Shown: positions 43,445-57,668 of the stretch, piece by piece
Position numbering within the stretch: the stretch's first letter is position 1
Layout of the letters: each line of letters starts with the position of its first letter
Assembly (NCBI GenBank): GCA_964016885.1
Contig: OZ024741.1
Location: 388,988,001-389,052,000, forward strand
Length of the DNA: 64,000 nucleotides
Direction: 5' to 3'
Source of the DNA: Eledone cirrhosa
Lineage: Eukaryota
Notes under the pieces: generated by a model
Database searches by the model: none
The model's input: the letters and a program-made list of their open reading frames with translations, nothing else
Told to the model about the DNA's origin: nothing
Translations under genes and position numbers: made by a program

Positions 43445-44910
43445 TGTGTGTATATATGTATATATATATATATATATGTGTGTATATACGTATATATATA
43501 TATGTATATATATATGTGTATATATGTGTATATATATATATATGTGTATATGTATATATATATATGTGTATATATATATGTATATATATATATGTGTATA
43601 TTTGTGTATATATGTGTATATGTGTGTATATATATGTATATATATATATATATGTATATGTGTATATATATATGTATATGTGTATATATGTATATATATA
43701 TATCTATATATGTATATGTGTATATATGTATATCTGTATATGTATATGTGTATATATGTATATATATATATCTATATATGTATATGTCTTTATATGTGTA
43801 TATATATGTATATATGTATGTGTATATATGTATGTGTATATATATATATATGTATATGTGTATATGTATATGTATATGTGTATATATGTATATGTGTATA
43901 TATATATGTATATGTATATGTGTATATATGTATATACATATATATATATGTGTGCGTGTATATGTGTATATGTATATGTATATGTATATATATATATGTG
44001 TATATGTGTATATATGTATATATATATATATGTGTATATATGTATATATATATGTGTATATATGTATATATATATTTGTATATATGTATATATATATGTG
44101 TATATATGTATATATATATGTGTATATATATATATGTGTATATATGTATATATATATATGCGTATATATGTATATATATATGTGTGTATATATATATGTA
44201 TATATATGTGTATATGTGTATATATATATATGTGTATATATGTATATATATATGTGTATATATATATATGTATATATATATATCTATATATGTATATGTG
44301 TATATAGGTATATGTGTATATATATGTATATATGTATATGTATATATATATGTATATGTGTATAGATGTATATATATGTATGTGTATATATGTATATATA
44401 TGTAGGTGTATATATATGTATGTGTATATATGTATATATATATATATATGTCTATATATGTATATATATATATATGTCTATATATGTATATATATATATA
44501 TGTATATATATGTATATGTGTATTGTATATATATATGTATATGTGTATATATGTATATATATGTATATGTATATATATGTAAAGGTATATGTGTATATAT
44601 GTATATATGTGTATATGTATATGTGTATATATGTATATATGTGTATATATGTATATATATATGTATGTATATGTGTATATATGTATATATAGATATGTTT
44701 GTATATGTGTATATATATATATATGTGTGTATATATATATATATATATGTATATGTGTGTATATATATATATATATGTATATGTGTATATATGTATATGT
44801 ATATATATGTATATGTGTATATATGTATATATATATGTATATATATATATGTGTCTATATGTGTATATATGTATATATATATATGTATATGTGTATATGT
44901 ATATATATAA
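42514..44910. repeat. (TA)n / TGTGTATATA compound microsatellite
   Basis: Low complexity. Confidence 0.95.
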
Positions 44911-45117
44911 ATGAAAGGATTACAAAGAATATATACTGTTAGAACATGTTTATATAAATGCACCTACGTACATTTAGCCCGAAAAGGGCTTCTAAAGAGC
45001 AAAGTGAACTAAAGATTATTCAGTACAGGACCTAGTATATGTGTATATATGTATATGTATATGTGTATATATGTATATATTTATGTATGTGTATATATGA
45101 ATGTGTATATATGTGTG

Positions 45118-45151
<34 letters not shown>

Positions 45152-45163
45152 CATATATAAATA

Positions 45164-45324
<161 letters not shown>

Positions 45325-45355
45325 GTGTGTGTGTATATGTGTATATACGTATATA

Positions 45356-45864
45356 TCATCATCATCATCATTTTATGTCCGCTTTTCCCTGTTTGCAAGG
45401 GTGGGATGGGTCTTATTCAGCACAGCATCTCGCCACTTGTCACGGTTCTTCGTCATCTCCACCGTGAGCTTCAGCGCTCTGAGGTCTGTTCTCAACACCT
45501 CCGCCCATGTTTTTCGTGGTCTACCTCTACCACGTCTTCCTTCAACTGGCATTTCCTGGCACTTCTTCACCCATCGGTCATCCTCCATGCGCATCACATG
45601 TCCATACCACCTCAGCCTCCTCTCCCGTACACTACATTCTATCCCTCTCAGACACAGTTTCTCTCTCAACACATTCATGCTGGGTCGTTCATGCACATTT
45701 ACACTGCACATCCAACGAAGCATGCTTGCCTCATTTCTCTCCAGCCGTCGCATATCCTCTGCAGTTGCTGTCCATGTCTCACTACCATGCAGCATCGCAC
45801 TCCTCACACAGGCATCATATAACCGGCCTTTCGTATGCAGGGAGAAACCCTTCTTCGTCAACAG
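45356..45864 (-). mobile_element. RTE 3' fragment, short-UTR subfamily
   Basis: Near-identical protein to 6929-7252; ends LANREKRT* then (GAT)n. Confidence 0.9.
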
Positions 45865-46185
45865 ATATATATATATATATGTATACATATGTATGTGTAT
45901 ATATGTTTATATATGTATGTATATATGTATATATATATATATGTAGATGTGTATATATATAATAATATATATATGTGTAAGTATATATATATATATATAT
46001 ATATGTAGATAAATCTACCAAAATAAATGGTAGTCTCCAATCCGTATGAAGAACTCAATGTAATCCAAATATAGAGGATATCATGAAAAGAGAAAATGCA
46101 TTCAAAAATTACATATAAAAATCCTAGGAAAACAGAGTCAAGATAAATTAATAAAAACAAAGAAAACATTCCTTATATTAAAAAA

Positions 46186-46332
46186 TTCATCATTTTACGA
46201 TCGTTTCTGGGATATATATATATGTGTGTTGGTATGTATATCATGTTAAAGATCTATGTAAAAAAATATTACAAATTATCAGAGGAGATATATATACCTT
46301 CACATACACATGCCATCTTCAGAAATGATGAA
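46186..46332 (-). ncRNA. Type-I hammerhead ribozyme with very long stem II
   Basis: TTCATCATTT-CTGAAGA-TGG[~100 nt]CCA-GAAA-CGATCG-TA-AAATGATGAA; perfect 10-bp stem I. Confidence 0.72.
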
Positions 46333-47427
46333 GTATGTTTATTGAAAGAAACAAAGTATTAATATAAAAGGTATGTTTGGGAACAGGTTTTGAATTGAAC
46401 AATAGAAAAGAGTTAGAGGTCAAGTTGATAGAATAACAGTAGTAGAATTTGATGCTAGGAGTGGAGGAATGTAAATTTATGCTTTGAATTAAAAGAATTC
46501 AATGGGGAAGAGAAAGATAGGTCAAAACAAGGAGATAGTGATGGAGACCAAAAGAATTTGATGTTATTAAAAAATGCTGTTAAAAAGCGAAGGGAAAGAA
46601 ATTTGTGGGATGAGAGTGTTAGTGAGAAATACTAATCCTATTTAAATTTCAAGGAACCTAGATACATAAAAGGGAATTAAATTAATTGATAGGTATACTT
46701 ATAGAGTTCAAATTATATTAATTCTTATGAATGTGATAAATAAAAAAGTAAATAAATTTTAAAAAATTAAAAATATATATAGAAAAACTGAAATAGATAA
46801 AATTTTATAAAAAGCAGTGTATCTATCTAAACATCCATAATATTAAAGATATTACTTAATAATCCTAGGTATTAAATGTGATAAATAGGGGATGCGGTTA
46901 AAAGAAGTAGTGAGGTTACAGATAACTTTAGGTAAAGTGAGCTGTAAGAGGGAAATAAAGTTATGAAATTCTCTGTAGTAAATTTTTAATTATAAGTTAA
47001 CTAAATTAAAAATATTTTTTAAAAGTTAATCATAATGATTTGTAAAATATAAGAGTGAGGTATATATTAATTAAGTTTATAATATTTGAAAGTTTTTCTA
47101 ATTCTATGATTGCATGATATAATTAACTCTTGTCACTTATTTAATAGGATATCATTAGATTTCATGATTTCAAATAGTTCTTGGGAGCATAACCTACACT
47201 CATATCTTCTATTTTGATAAGGGGTGGCCCTTTTGAGCACGCTCCAGGTCATGTTGTAATCAATATCCCTCTTTCTATAATTATTAATTGCTTCAGCCAA
47301 GGAGGTTGTATTAGCTAATGCAGCATTTTTAAAACTATGTTTGTGGGTATTAAATCTTACTTTAAATTGGTTAGATGTAGCTCCTATATAGTATTGAGTG
47401 GAGTCCTTAGTCCTAATTACACATTTA

Positions 47428-47515
47428 TCATCATCATCATCATCATCATCACCGTTTTACGTCCGTTCTTCCACGCTAGCATGGGTTAGACGGGTTGTCC
47501 TCTTGTGGGCAGTGT
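47428..47515 (-). mobile_element. ~90-bp RTE tail inserted in the PLE GIY-YIG coding region
   Basis: Matches the tail at 28669-28750; splits IVY from KCVI. Confidence 0.85.
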
Positions 47516-48816
47516 TATAGACTATGTTATTAATAAGACAATTACCCCTTAATGGGCAATTTCTTTTGATTCTACAGTTACAACCATTCATAAATATAGT
47601 ATCAGGAGAGTTAATTGTGTTATCTATAGTGGTTTTAGTGTTACTATTTTCATTAATGTATGGTATAGAATGGGTTGTAATTAGATTAGTATGGTTAGAC
47701 AGGTTGTTGGTGGGTGATAGTTTAGGGGATGTGGAGCTGTTAGAGTTCTGTTTGTTTTGGAGATTATTAGTCACAATTGGTGTGGAGTTTACGAGACCTA
47801 TTATAGGTGAAGAAGAAGGTGGTTTGTTTTGGTTTATTTTAGTATTATTATGGTTGGTTTGATGTGTTGGTGGTATATTTATGGTTTTTTTACATTTATA
47901 TGTGTTGTAAGCACTTATATTCTGTTGTATATTCTTGGTAGTGGAGTAGGAAAATTTGACAGTAGATCTATTTAAAATTTGATGGTATTTATGGTTTGGT
48001 GGGAAGTTTTTCTCTAGGATAGCAAAGAATTTTTTAGGGGTATGGTCTTTAATCTGTAGATTAAATGGATCATTATACCAAGTAACTCGTCTATTACGGT
48101 TTCGACATTGTTTCTTATATTTATATGATGTATCAGGAGGATTACTGAGATAGTTACTATTAGTGATTCTATTATATATAGGTTTAGTTAGATTAATTGA
48201 TTTATGTGTTTGGGTCTGATAACTAGGAATATTGTTAGTTATGTTGTTGAGATATGTTAGAGTATTAGGGTGAATGGTTTTTTGAAAGTCATTATCTTTT
48301 ATGAGAAAAGGTAGAGAAATTAAGTTTTGGGTTGGTGTTTTTAGGTGTAGTATGAGTGGCATTTAAGTGTGGGTTTTTCATTTGGTGTTTGTTGGTAATA
48401 GATTGTATGTTTGAAATATTATTGGTGCAAGGTATATAGACTAATTTGTTCTTGTGGCCGCTTCTAGCCATAGCTTCATTATAAAAGGGCGCGTTTTTAT
48501 CGAATACATCATGATTTGATGAAAGGTTAGAGATTCTGAGTGAGATATGATATGCTAGGTTTTTAAGGATAGATCTAGGGTGATTAGATTGTGAGTGTAT
48601 GTAATGTAAGTTTTGGTTATGTTTATGGTAAGGTTGAAGATGGCATATATAGGCGAAGGTATATATATCTCCTCTGATAATTTGTAATATTTTTTTACAT
48701 AGATCTTTAACATGATATACATAACAACGCACACATATATATCCCAGAAATGATTGTAAAATGATGAATTTTTCAATATAAGGAACCTGTTTGTTTTTAT
48801 TTCATTGTTTTTATTA

Positions 48817-48885
<69 letters not shown>

Positions 48886-51800
48886 TTAGTTAAGCAAAAC
48901 TTATGAATATTTCCAGCTCTGCGCACCTTTACGCTTTGGCTTCTAACTAATTCACCAATCTCTCCTCTCATATCTCCTCTCCTATCTCCATCTCTCTCTT
49001 TAAGATTGGTTACTCTTGAACTGTGTATATATATATATATATATATTCACTTTCCTTGCTTCATGTGTTGAATGTGGGGTTACTGATTTCTCATCTTGCT
49101 TATGTATGCTTTCACATTCTATCAAGTGTACAGGAGAGGTCATATCTTTGACACAACTGCAGGTCCTCTCAACTCATTGTTTAGCAAACTTTCTACACCT
49201 GGATGCCCTTCATAACACAAACCACTTTACAGCATGCACTGGGTGTGTGTATCATGTAGGTCACCAACAAATATATATGGGGTAGGGGTTATGTAGATCT
49301 GTGTCTGTATTTATGTGCTTCTTTATGCCCCATAACTTAGCAATTTGAAAAAAGTAAGTAGCAGACATGAAAACATTAAGTATTGGGGTCGATATGATCA
49401 AATATAATTCTATCAAGGTTCTGCTGCACCGTAACCACAGTTTATGCCAGTAAAAGAATAAAACAGTTTACAAATGTATTGCATATAAAACTAAATATTA
49501 CTTGGTTGTGGATAGTAATTTAACTGTTGTACTTTACAGATATGTTTTGTTACCAAAAATTTTATTTAAATAAAAATGAAATTATTAAAATCAAATCCTG
49601 AACATTTCAATAATAATACTATGTTGAAATAGAATTCTTTGTTAAAGCAAGTTGATCAGAAATAGTAAGCTAGCTTGTTTGAGTTTGGCTCTAAATGCCA
49701 AGCTATAACAAATCAATAGACTCTAAAGAAAAGTGTTCACCAGCTGGCAAGACAACTACTGCTACTTCTCATACAATTTATTTGCCATGATATTTTTTAT
49801 TTTATTTATTATTATTATATTTTTTTTTAGTTGTTCAAATGAAATCTGATTTGATCTCTCCTGTTCAATAGGTCACACAATAGTTTTACTTTCTTTCTTT
49901 CCTGGTATTTGATATTTTGTATAAATGGATTCTGATGATTTAGTTGCAGTCTTGTTGATGTAGATTTATGACTTTACTAATGGTTTTAAAATGATATCTT
50001 TAATAGATTGAGAATTAATAAAATTTGAATTTCTTTATAATTTTCAAACATAATGATGTAAAAGCTAATAAAATAGTGATCGGTGTAAGGTTTCACAAGT
50101 TTTAAATGCAGTTAAAATACACATTCATTGATTGTATGTGTACATCCATTACATGTGTGTGTGCGTGGCATAATATTAAACCAATAAATCAAAGCATATA
50201 ACAAATAAGATTCAGTGTAAAGTTTGAGCTATATCTTAACCACCACTAATATTAGCTACTTTAGTCCATCCATCCATCCATACATGTACACATATTATAA
50301 TTATGTTTACAAAAATTTCTTGTGCAAGTATATACATTCTGTAGAGAATATATTATCTCGAATTAATTCATTTATCTATTGTCCAGAATTATTCCATACA
50401 GACTTACTTTTGTCTCTCTCCTTTCCTTCCCTTTGTCTTTCTTATCTGTGAATCAGCCAATCTCATACAGATCATCATTTCTCATACATTTCTTCTATTC
50501 ATTTATATTAGTTTACTTTCCCTTACTCGTTCCATATATCTACTCATTCTTTCTATGTAAATTCACAGTGAATAGTTGCCTGTAAAACAAATCTAATTAT
50601 GTGGTATTGATTTAATTTCTTCTCCCCTTGCTTTAATTTTTTTTAAAATAGAAATCTGGCTGAATGCATTCATTTGTTTCTTTCACATTTCTTGACATTT
50701 TTCTTTAATTTCCTTCCTTTTTTCCCCTCTCTTTACTGTTTCCAGTTGTTCCTGTTGTTGTTGTGTGTGTATTCAATAGAAACCTTAACCATTTGTATTA
50801 GTCTATAACTCTACCCACTAGAACATGGCCATACAATAGTGATAGATTCCTTTTCAATGTTTTTTGGTTTTCCTATTGACTATTTCCTGAGTTGATTTCG
50901 CAGGAATTTTATATGTATTTTCAGATAATGAATTTATTGAAAAAAATAGTATAAATTTTTTTTTGCTATTGGAATTCATTTTACATTTGATTGCACAAAA
51001 ATGTTTCCCTTGTAACAAAGTTAAGAAAGAAAGACTGGGTTAATATCGTGCATTAATGTTATGAAAGAGTATGGATGCAGCTAATGCTCTCTTAATTTTG
51101 TTGGGTTTACTTGAATAGAAAATTCTCTCAAAAAGCTTCACTAGAATTATAAGTTCTATTTAGTTAAGTATGCCTGGAAAGAAATACATCTGCAGAAGGA
51201 ATGTTGTGCTTTGTGTAGAGTGAGATATGCTTAAAGTCTTGACCTTTTTTTCTGAATTTTTTTACTAATACCTTATTGGTACTCTTTATTGATGAAATGA
51301 AATAAAATAAAATAAAAAAGTGAAATATACAGCTCATACTTATGCAGGTTTAGCTGGCCTCTTATTAGGTTAGATTACTTGGATTTCTCAAGTGTTTTAA
51401 TGATAAGATCCCCAGTCCTATCATTCATGTTTGTGAGACCAACAGCCTAACCACAAGGTCACACACCTTCACTTTGCTGATGTTTCACATTATTCACAAT
51501 TTTTTTAAAATAACAAGGAACATATGATACCAGGCATCAAAAGTTTTAATTTTATGACATGAACAGTTACCACTTGATCCTTTTTACAAAACTATATTGA
51601 CTGTTAAATCAGCCAATGTTATTAAATATAAATGATGTATAGTTACATAGTAATGATATTATACAACATTATGTAGGCTACCATCTGGCTTCACTGAGAA
51701 CAGATCATTTTATTGCAGGTAATATATCCATACATCAGCCTTCAGTCCTTAATTTAAGAAAAAAAATGTTACCATCATTTTTATGATTTTTTATCATGCT

Positions 51801-52329
51801 TGCATGGATTTGATAAAACTTTTTGAAGCAGAATTCTTTGATCATCCGCCCTTCCAGACGCTAACTTTGACTTGTTAATTTTTAAAGTAATTTTTGCACC
51901 TCTAACTGTTGAGCTATGGAACTTGTTTAAGCAGGACATAATAAAGTCAGCTGCACTAGAGATGACACACACACACATATACATGCATATATATAATTAA
52001 TAATTAATTATTTCCGATTGTTTTCATGTGCATGTACTATTTGACCTGTATTGTGGAAATTAAACCTGTAGACATAGAAATCAAGGAATGAATTTGAATT
52101 GTTAACCTTCGTCTTTTTTTATTTAAAAAAAAAAGAATCATCATCATCATCATTTAACATCCATTTTCCATGCTAGCATGGGTAGGACATGCTGTCCTGT
52201 TGTAAGACAACCATGTTGGAGGACTGCGATTTGCACACACAGAAGTGATGGCTTGGTTTTAATGGCTAGATACCCTTCCTAAAATTAACCACATTCTTCT
52301 TTTTATTCTTCTCCTCCTCCACCTAGAGT

Positions 52330-54700
52330 GACTCTCTGATCTCTGACCTACGCACTCTATCAATTAACTTTACTCCAAAGACCCTTTAGAGGAACCCCAT
52401 TTCAGCCACTTTTATTCGCAATCATATTCTTTCGGTTATTACCCAGGATTCATAACCATATGTAAGGGGTGGCACGAATACCGAATTAAAGATAGCGAGT
52501 TTGGCTTTTACACCAACGTCCCTTCTTATAATCGTTGCATTACTGCACCAACTCATGCAGTTCTTGTACTTAATTCAGCCTCCTCCCTTCCATCACTCCT
52601 GAACACGGCCCCTAGATACTTGAACTTCTCCTGCTTCAGTGGAACTCCATTCACATGTAGAGTGCACTGTGCAGGCTTCCTTGCGAGGACGAGTGTTTCA
52701 GTTTTTGCAGCACTGATGTTCATTCTAGCCATGCAGCACTTGCCTTCAAACCTATCGAGTGTCAGTTGGAGATCACCTTCTGTCAAGTTAAGTAACACCA
52801 TGTCGTCTGCAAATTCCAGTCGACTGATTTTACCCCCTCTAGTCATGATACCACTTCCAACCCAGCTGTGCATGTCAATCCTGTTCATGTAAATAATGGA
52901 CAGGAGAGGTGACAGTATGCACCCTTGGCAGAGTCTGACTCCCACATTGAATGGTTTTGATTTAGCACCATTTATCCAAACACAAATACTTGGGCATTCA
53001 TAGAGAGACATTAAGGCAACAAAGAGCTTGATCCCATACTCCTGCAGAACCTTCCACAGCAGGTCCCAAGAAATGCAGTCATATGCCTTTTCAAGGTAAA
53101 CAAAACAAGAATATGCATATTGGCAATACTCCCACGATTTCTCGAGGACCTGCCGCAGTGTGAATATTCTCCCCACTTCATGAGGATACACCTCTCTGAA
53201 AAGAAGAGAACCCTGGACGAGTTCTTGATAGCAGGTGTGGAGGAGGACTTTTTATTACGAAGTTGGGGGATGGTCTGCCAGAACACTTTATTTGCTGATC
53301 TGAAGTTGGATTCCTGCTAAACCCCAAAAGATCCCCATGTCTTAACTTTGGACACCTTTACTGTCTCTGCTGCGATTCTTCATGCCTTGACTTCTTGATT
53401 GAACCAAAGGGTTCTCCTGCCATCTGGCACCACATCAAGCCTCTTTTGCCTGCAGCAGTTTTGCTGAAGCCGAAACTGTTGCATAGAACAATCGCCACTC
53501 TGTTTCAACATCCTCAGTTTCCTCAGGGAGTTCTCTGAATTTGGATGCAATAGTATCTGCATACCTGGTCCTGACTTATTTATCCACCATGCTTCCCACT
53601 TTATCCTGAATGTCGCCTGGACCTGCCAGTTTTGGGGGCTTCTTTTTGGTTTTAGTTAGTCTCAAGTTGCAGATAACTAAATGGAAATAGGTTGACAGCT
53701 CAGCCCCTCTTTAAACACAAACATCTAGCCCAATCAAAGAGATCAGAGATAATAACAAAATCAATTGTTGATTTCTGTCCCTGATTCCCCTTATACCATG
53801 TATATTTATGGATGTCTCTGTGCTGGAACATGGTGTTCATAATAGAGAGTCCATTGCTAGAACAGAAGTCTAGAAGTCTAGTCCATTTGTATTTAGATTG
53901 GGGTTGCCATTCCTTCCAATCACTCCTTTCCATGTCAGGTCCTCAGTGTCAGCATGTGCATTGAATTCTCCCATCAGGATATATGACTCAATCTGAATTA
54001 CATCTAACGCTGCAGTGACTTCTTCTTTGGTGCATAAATTTGCACCACTCACAGAGACCTATCTTTCAGTCAAAACTTCAAGAGGAGAATCCTTCCTCCT
54101 AAGAGGATCCAGTCAGTAACACATTCTAACAGCTCCTCCAGTAGTTCTTGCTCCTTACCTGTAAGGATTGTGATGTTCCAGGTTCCAACTATTATGGGTT
54201 GCTTCCTTCCTGACCCTTTTTGGGGGTCTCAAGATACACAAACTTTGTGTGTCCATCCAATGCCTCCCAGTACAAGTTGCTGGGCTATCACTAATTTTTG
54301 TAGCATGAAATGGAGACTGTAATATATTTTGGGAACAGGCCCCTCTATCTAAGGCCTGAACAGATTCCTTGTTATCCCATGTGAAGGACGATGTGGTATG
54401 GTTATTCTTTGTTTTCTTCATCATATTGCAATTTCAGTTTCAGTGGTTTTATTCGCACCAGTCACCAATCTGGTACTTTGTCAAACCCGCAAAAACTAGG
54501 CTTATTTAGAGGCAGCCTTTACTCGTCTCGTCGTAGTTACGTCACTGTGTTGTGAGAGTTTTTTGGAGAACTACGGCTGTCACCCATTGCTCCATCTCCC
54601 TTAGTAGTTTACCAGTTGGTCCATGGTTGCTTATTCGTTCATAACTAACCATCATATCTGGTGACTGTATCGCTATCCGCCACCTGCAACCCATTCTCTA
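52330..54700 (-). mobile_element. Old RTE-clade LINE of a second family (APE + RT remnants, internally deleted)
   Basis: ILMGEFNAH, LLDFC..NGL.IMNT.F.H...KYTW, IDFVI (APE); IFTLRQVLEK, QGCILSPLL, FADD, KFKYLG (RT); many stops and frameshifts. Confidence 0.85.
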
Positions 54701-55269
54701 ACAGGACAGCTTTGCCAAGAATAATGAGAAAGTTGTATTACTAAATTCTGTCATGTCTTTCATTAGAAATGTAGAAAACAAAAGGGTTAAGCAAATGATT
54801 TTTGTTTGAAATATTTTTGCTTGAAATATAGTCCTCGATATACTTTTCTTATATTTTATGAATAACAAAACACTCATACCTCCAAAATAAACACATTTGA
54901 TTTGTTTTCCTGTCTTTATTTTTATTTGCTTTTCAATAAAAGAAAAATATTAAATTAGTCATTTTTAGAAATATTTTCTTGTTCATATTTACATTTACCA
55001 ACTGAGTCAATGCACAGTTATAATTGATTTTATTCGACCTGTGTTACAGAAAGCAATTTTTTTTTAGCTCAAAATGTAAATGATTAATTCAAAGATTGCA
55101 TTATCTTTATTCAAATATCATATTTTATAATCATATCATTTACTATCTAATTTTCTGTTTGCATGGATTACATAGATCTGATTGGTTACACTTCTCTCAC
55201 TAATTGTACAACTTTTCACTAATAGTCTGTAATTAGTGAAATATGGCTTAATGCAGTTTACAACATTTT

Positions 55270-55540
55270 GAGCCCAGAGGCTCATCAGGCCAATGCTTAT
55301 CCTGGTTTATGTGGCTTTAAGTGACTGAGAGTACAAGACTCCCCTCTGGATAGGATGCCAGTCCATTGTAGGATTAAACCCCCAGCTATTACTGGTACTC
55401 ATTTTCAGCTGAATATACTGGAGCAACATGCAATGAAGTGTTTTACTCAAAAACACAACACACAACCCAATCCAGGAATCAAGCCCGTGAAATGATGATA
55501 AGTCCAACACCCTTAACCACAAGGTCACATTCCTCCACTG
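55270..55540 (-). mobile_element. Decayed tRNA-derived SINE
   Basis: GTGGTTAAGGGTGTTGGACT head, TTGAGTAAAACACTTCAT..GCTCCAGT core, similar to the 31053-31389 head and core. Confidence 0.65.
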
Positions 55541-56087
55541 ACAGTATCAGTAGAGCCAAGACGGCAACAAAATTGACTTCTTTCATCATCATCCTCATCA
55601 TCATTATTTCACATCCGTTTTCCCTGTCAGTACTAAATCAAAATATTTTTACTGAAATTGGTATAAAATATAGGTAACTTTTTTAATATATTAGATAAAA
55701 TAAGTATTGTCATCGTTATCATTTATATATCCCTTATTCCTTATTATCATTGGTTGATCGGGACTTCTTGGAGGCCTTGTTTTATTGATGGATGACCTTC
55801 CTAATGTAAACCTTTTTAGATACTTCCTACATGTAAGAATAAATTGCACCTATTTTTTTTTTAAAACTGGATACATACGATAGTGCTCGCTGCAATAAAC
55901 ATTCTCTTAATTTTGTTTGGTTTACTTGTATAGAAAAGACACTTTTAGTGCTTCAGAGTAAAATAATGTTTCACAAGAATTATAAGTGTTATTTAGTTAT
56001 GTATGTATAGAGAAAGAATTGTATGGAGGATATATTTAGAACCTTTACAGCATCTTTTGAACTTCACAGATTTTTTAAAGATGTTCA

Positions 56088-57668
56088 AGACCATCAGAGA
56101 TAGCTGCTGGGATGCTAAAAGCATCAGAAGTAGGAGTTAATCAGGTAATACAGGACGGTGTCATGTCCAATGACTGGTGCAGCAGGACAATTATAGGTTG
56201 CTTTAGGGGCAAAGGTGATGCCCTAGAAAGGAGCAACTATAAAGGAATAAAACTAATGGACCAAGTTATGAAAGTAACAGAAAGAGTTATAGCACCACTA
56301 ATTAGAGAAAGAGTCAAATTAGACAAGATACAGTTTGGTTTCATGCCTGGGAAAAGTACTATGGATGCCCTCTTCTTAGTGAGGCAACTACAAGAGAAGT
56401 CCTTAACCAAAAATAAATAAGCCACTATATTTAGCTTTTGTTGATGTAGGGACGGCCTTTGACAGAGTACCCCAATCTATTATCTGGTGCTCCAAAGGAA
56501 ATTAGGTATAGAAGAATGGTTGGTGAGAGCAGTGCAAGCCGTGTAGAGTAGAGCTGTCAGTAAAGTAAGAGTAGGAAGTGAGTTTAGGTAAGAATTCAAG
56601 GTACAAGTAGTTCATCTGGTTCAGTTCTTAGCCCACTACTATTCATTATAGTTTTCCAGGCTATAACAGAGGAGTTTAAGACTGGCTGCCCATGGGAACT
56701 TTTTTATGCAAATGATCTGGTCCTTATAGCCAAATCCATTAAAGACCTAGAAAATAAGTTCTGACTATGGAAACAGAATTTAGAATCAAAAGATCTGAGA
56801 GTAAACTTACCCAAAACTAAAGAGCTAGTGAGTAGGAGAGAAGATAGGATCCCAATTTCTTCAGGGAAGTGGCCCTGTTCAATATGTAGAAAGGGAATAG
56901 GCATAGACTCCATTCGATGTACACAAGAGATGTAGTGGGATAATGGGTAGACTAACAGCAAGAGAAGACTTTGTTTGTAGAAGATACACAGGGGTAACGG
57001 AGCGGAAGATAGCCAGTGATGTAAACCTATTCCAGTCACAAGAAGGACCCATAGAAGTGGTTGATAGCTTCTGCTATCTAAGCAATGTAATTAGCAATGG
57101 CGGAGGGTGCTCTGAGAGCATAATAGCTAGAATAAGGATAGGATGGAAAAAGTTTAGAGAGCTACTCCCATTGTTGCCCACAAAAGGTTTCTCCCTCTGT
57201 ACAAAAGGACGACTGTATGACGCCTGTGTGCGAAGTGTGATGCTGCAAGGTAGTGAAAGATGGGCTGTGACTGCAGAGGACATATGTAGATGGGAGAGAA
57301 ATGAAGCAATCATGCTCTGTTGGATGTGCAATGTAAGTTTGAGAGAAAGGCAGAGCTTGGGCGAGTTGGGGGAAGCTGAGTTTAAGAGAATACCAAGGTG
57401 GTGTACAGAATAAAAGACTGCATTGGTTTGGACATGTGATGCACATGGACAATGATCGTGAAGTGAAGAAGTGCCAGTGGAAGGAAGCCACAGTAGAGTT
57501 AAATCTAGAAAGACCTGGCCAGAGGTTGTGAGAGTTGACCTTAAATCACTGAGACTCACAGAGGAGATGACAAATGATCGCAATGAATGGAGGGATGGTG
57601 TGCTGAGAAGGACCTGTGCAGCTCATTCAAGCATGCAAAAACAGACTTAAAAACGATGATGATGATGT
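56088..57668 (+). mobile_element. Decayed RTE LINE (PHD-bearing family) with (GAT)n tail
   Basis: MLKAS..KGDALERSNYKGI..QFGF; GRLYDACV; multiple stops. Confidence 0.88.

Larger units (their letters stand above)
46005..48821 (-). mobile_element. 5'-truncated, decayed PLE (thumb + linker + GIY-YIG) with inverted arm
   Basis: PYHK..YIHSQSNHP, WYNDPF, CNCR..CPLRGNCL..IVY/KCVI..YYIG..FK.RF..H..SF..CRLC..E; 48635-48821 is the reverse complement of ~46144-46321. Confidence 0.87.
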
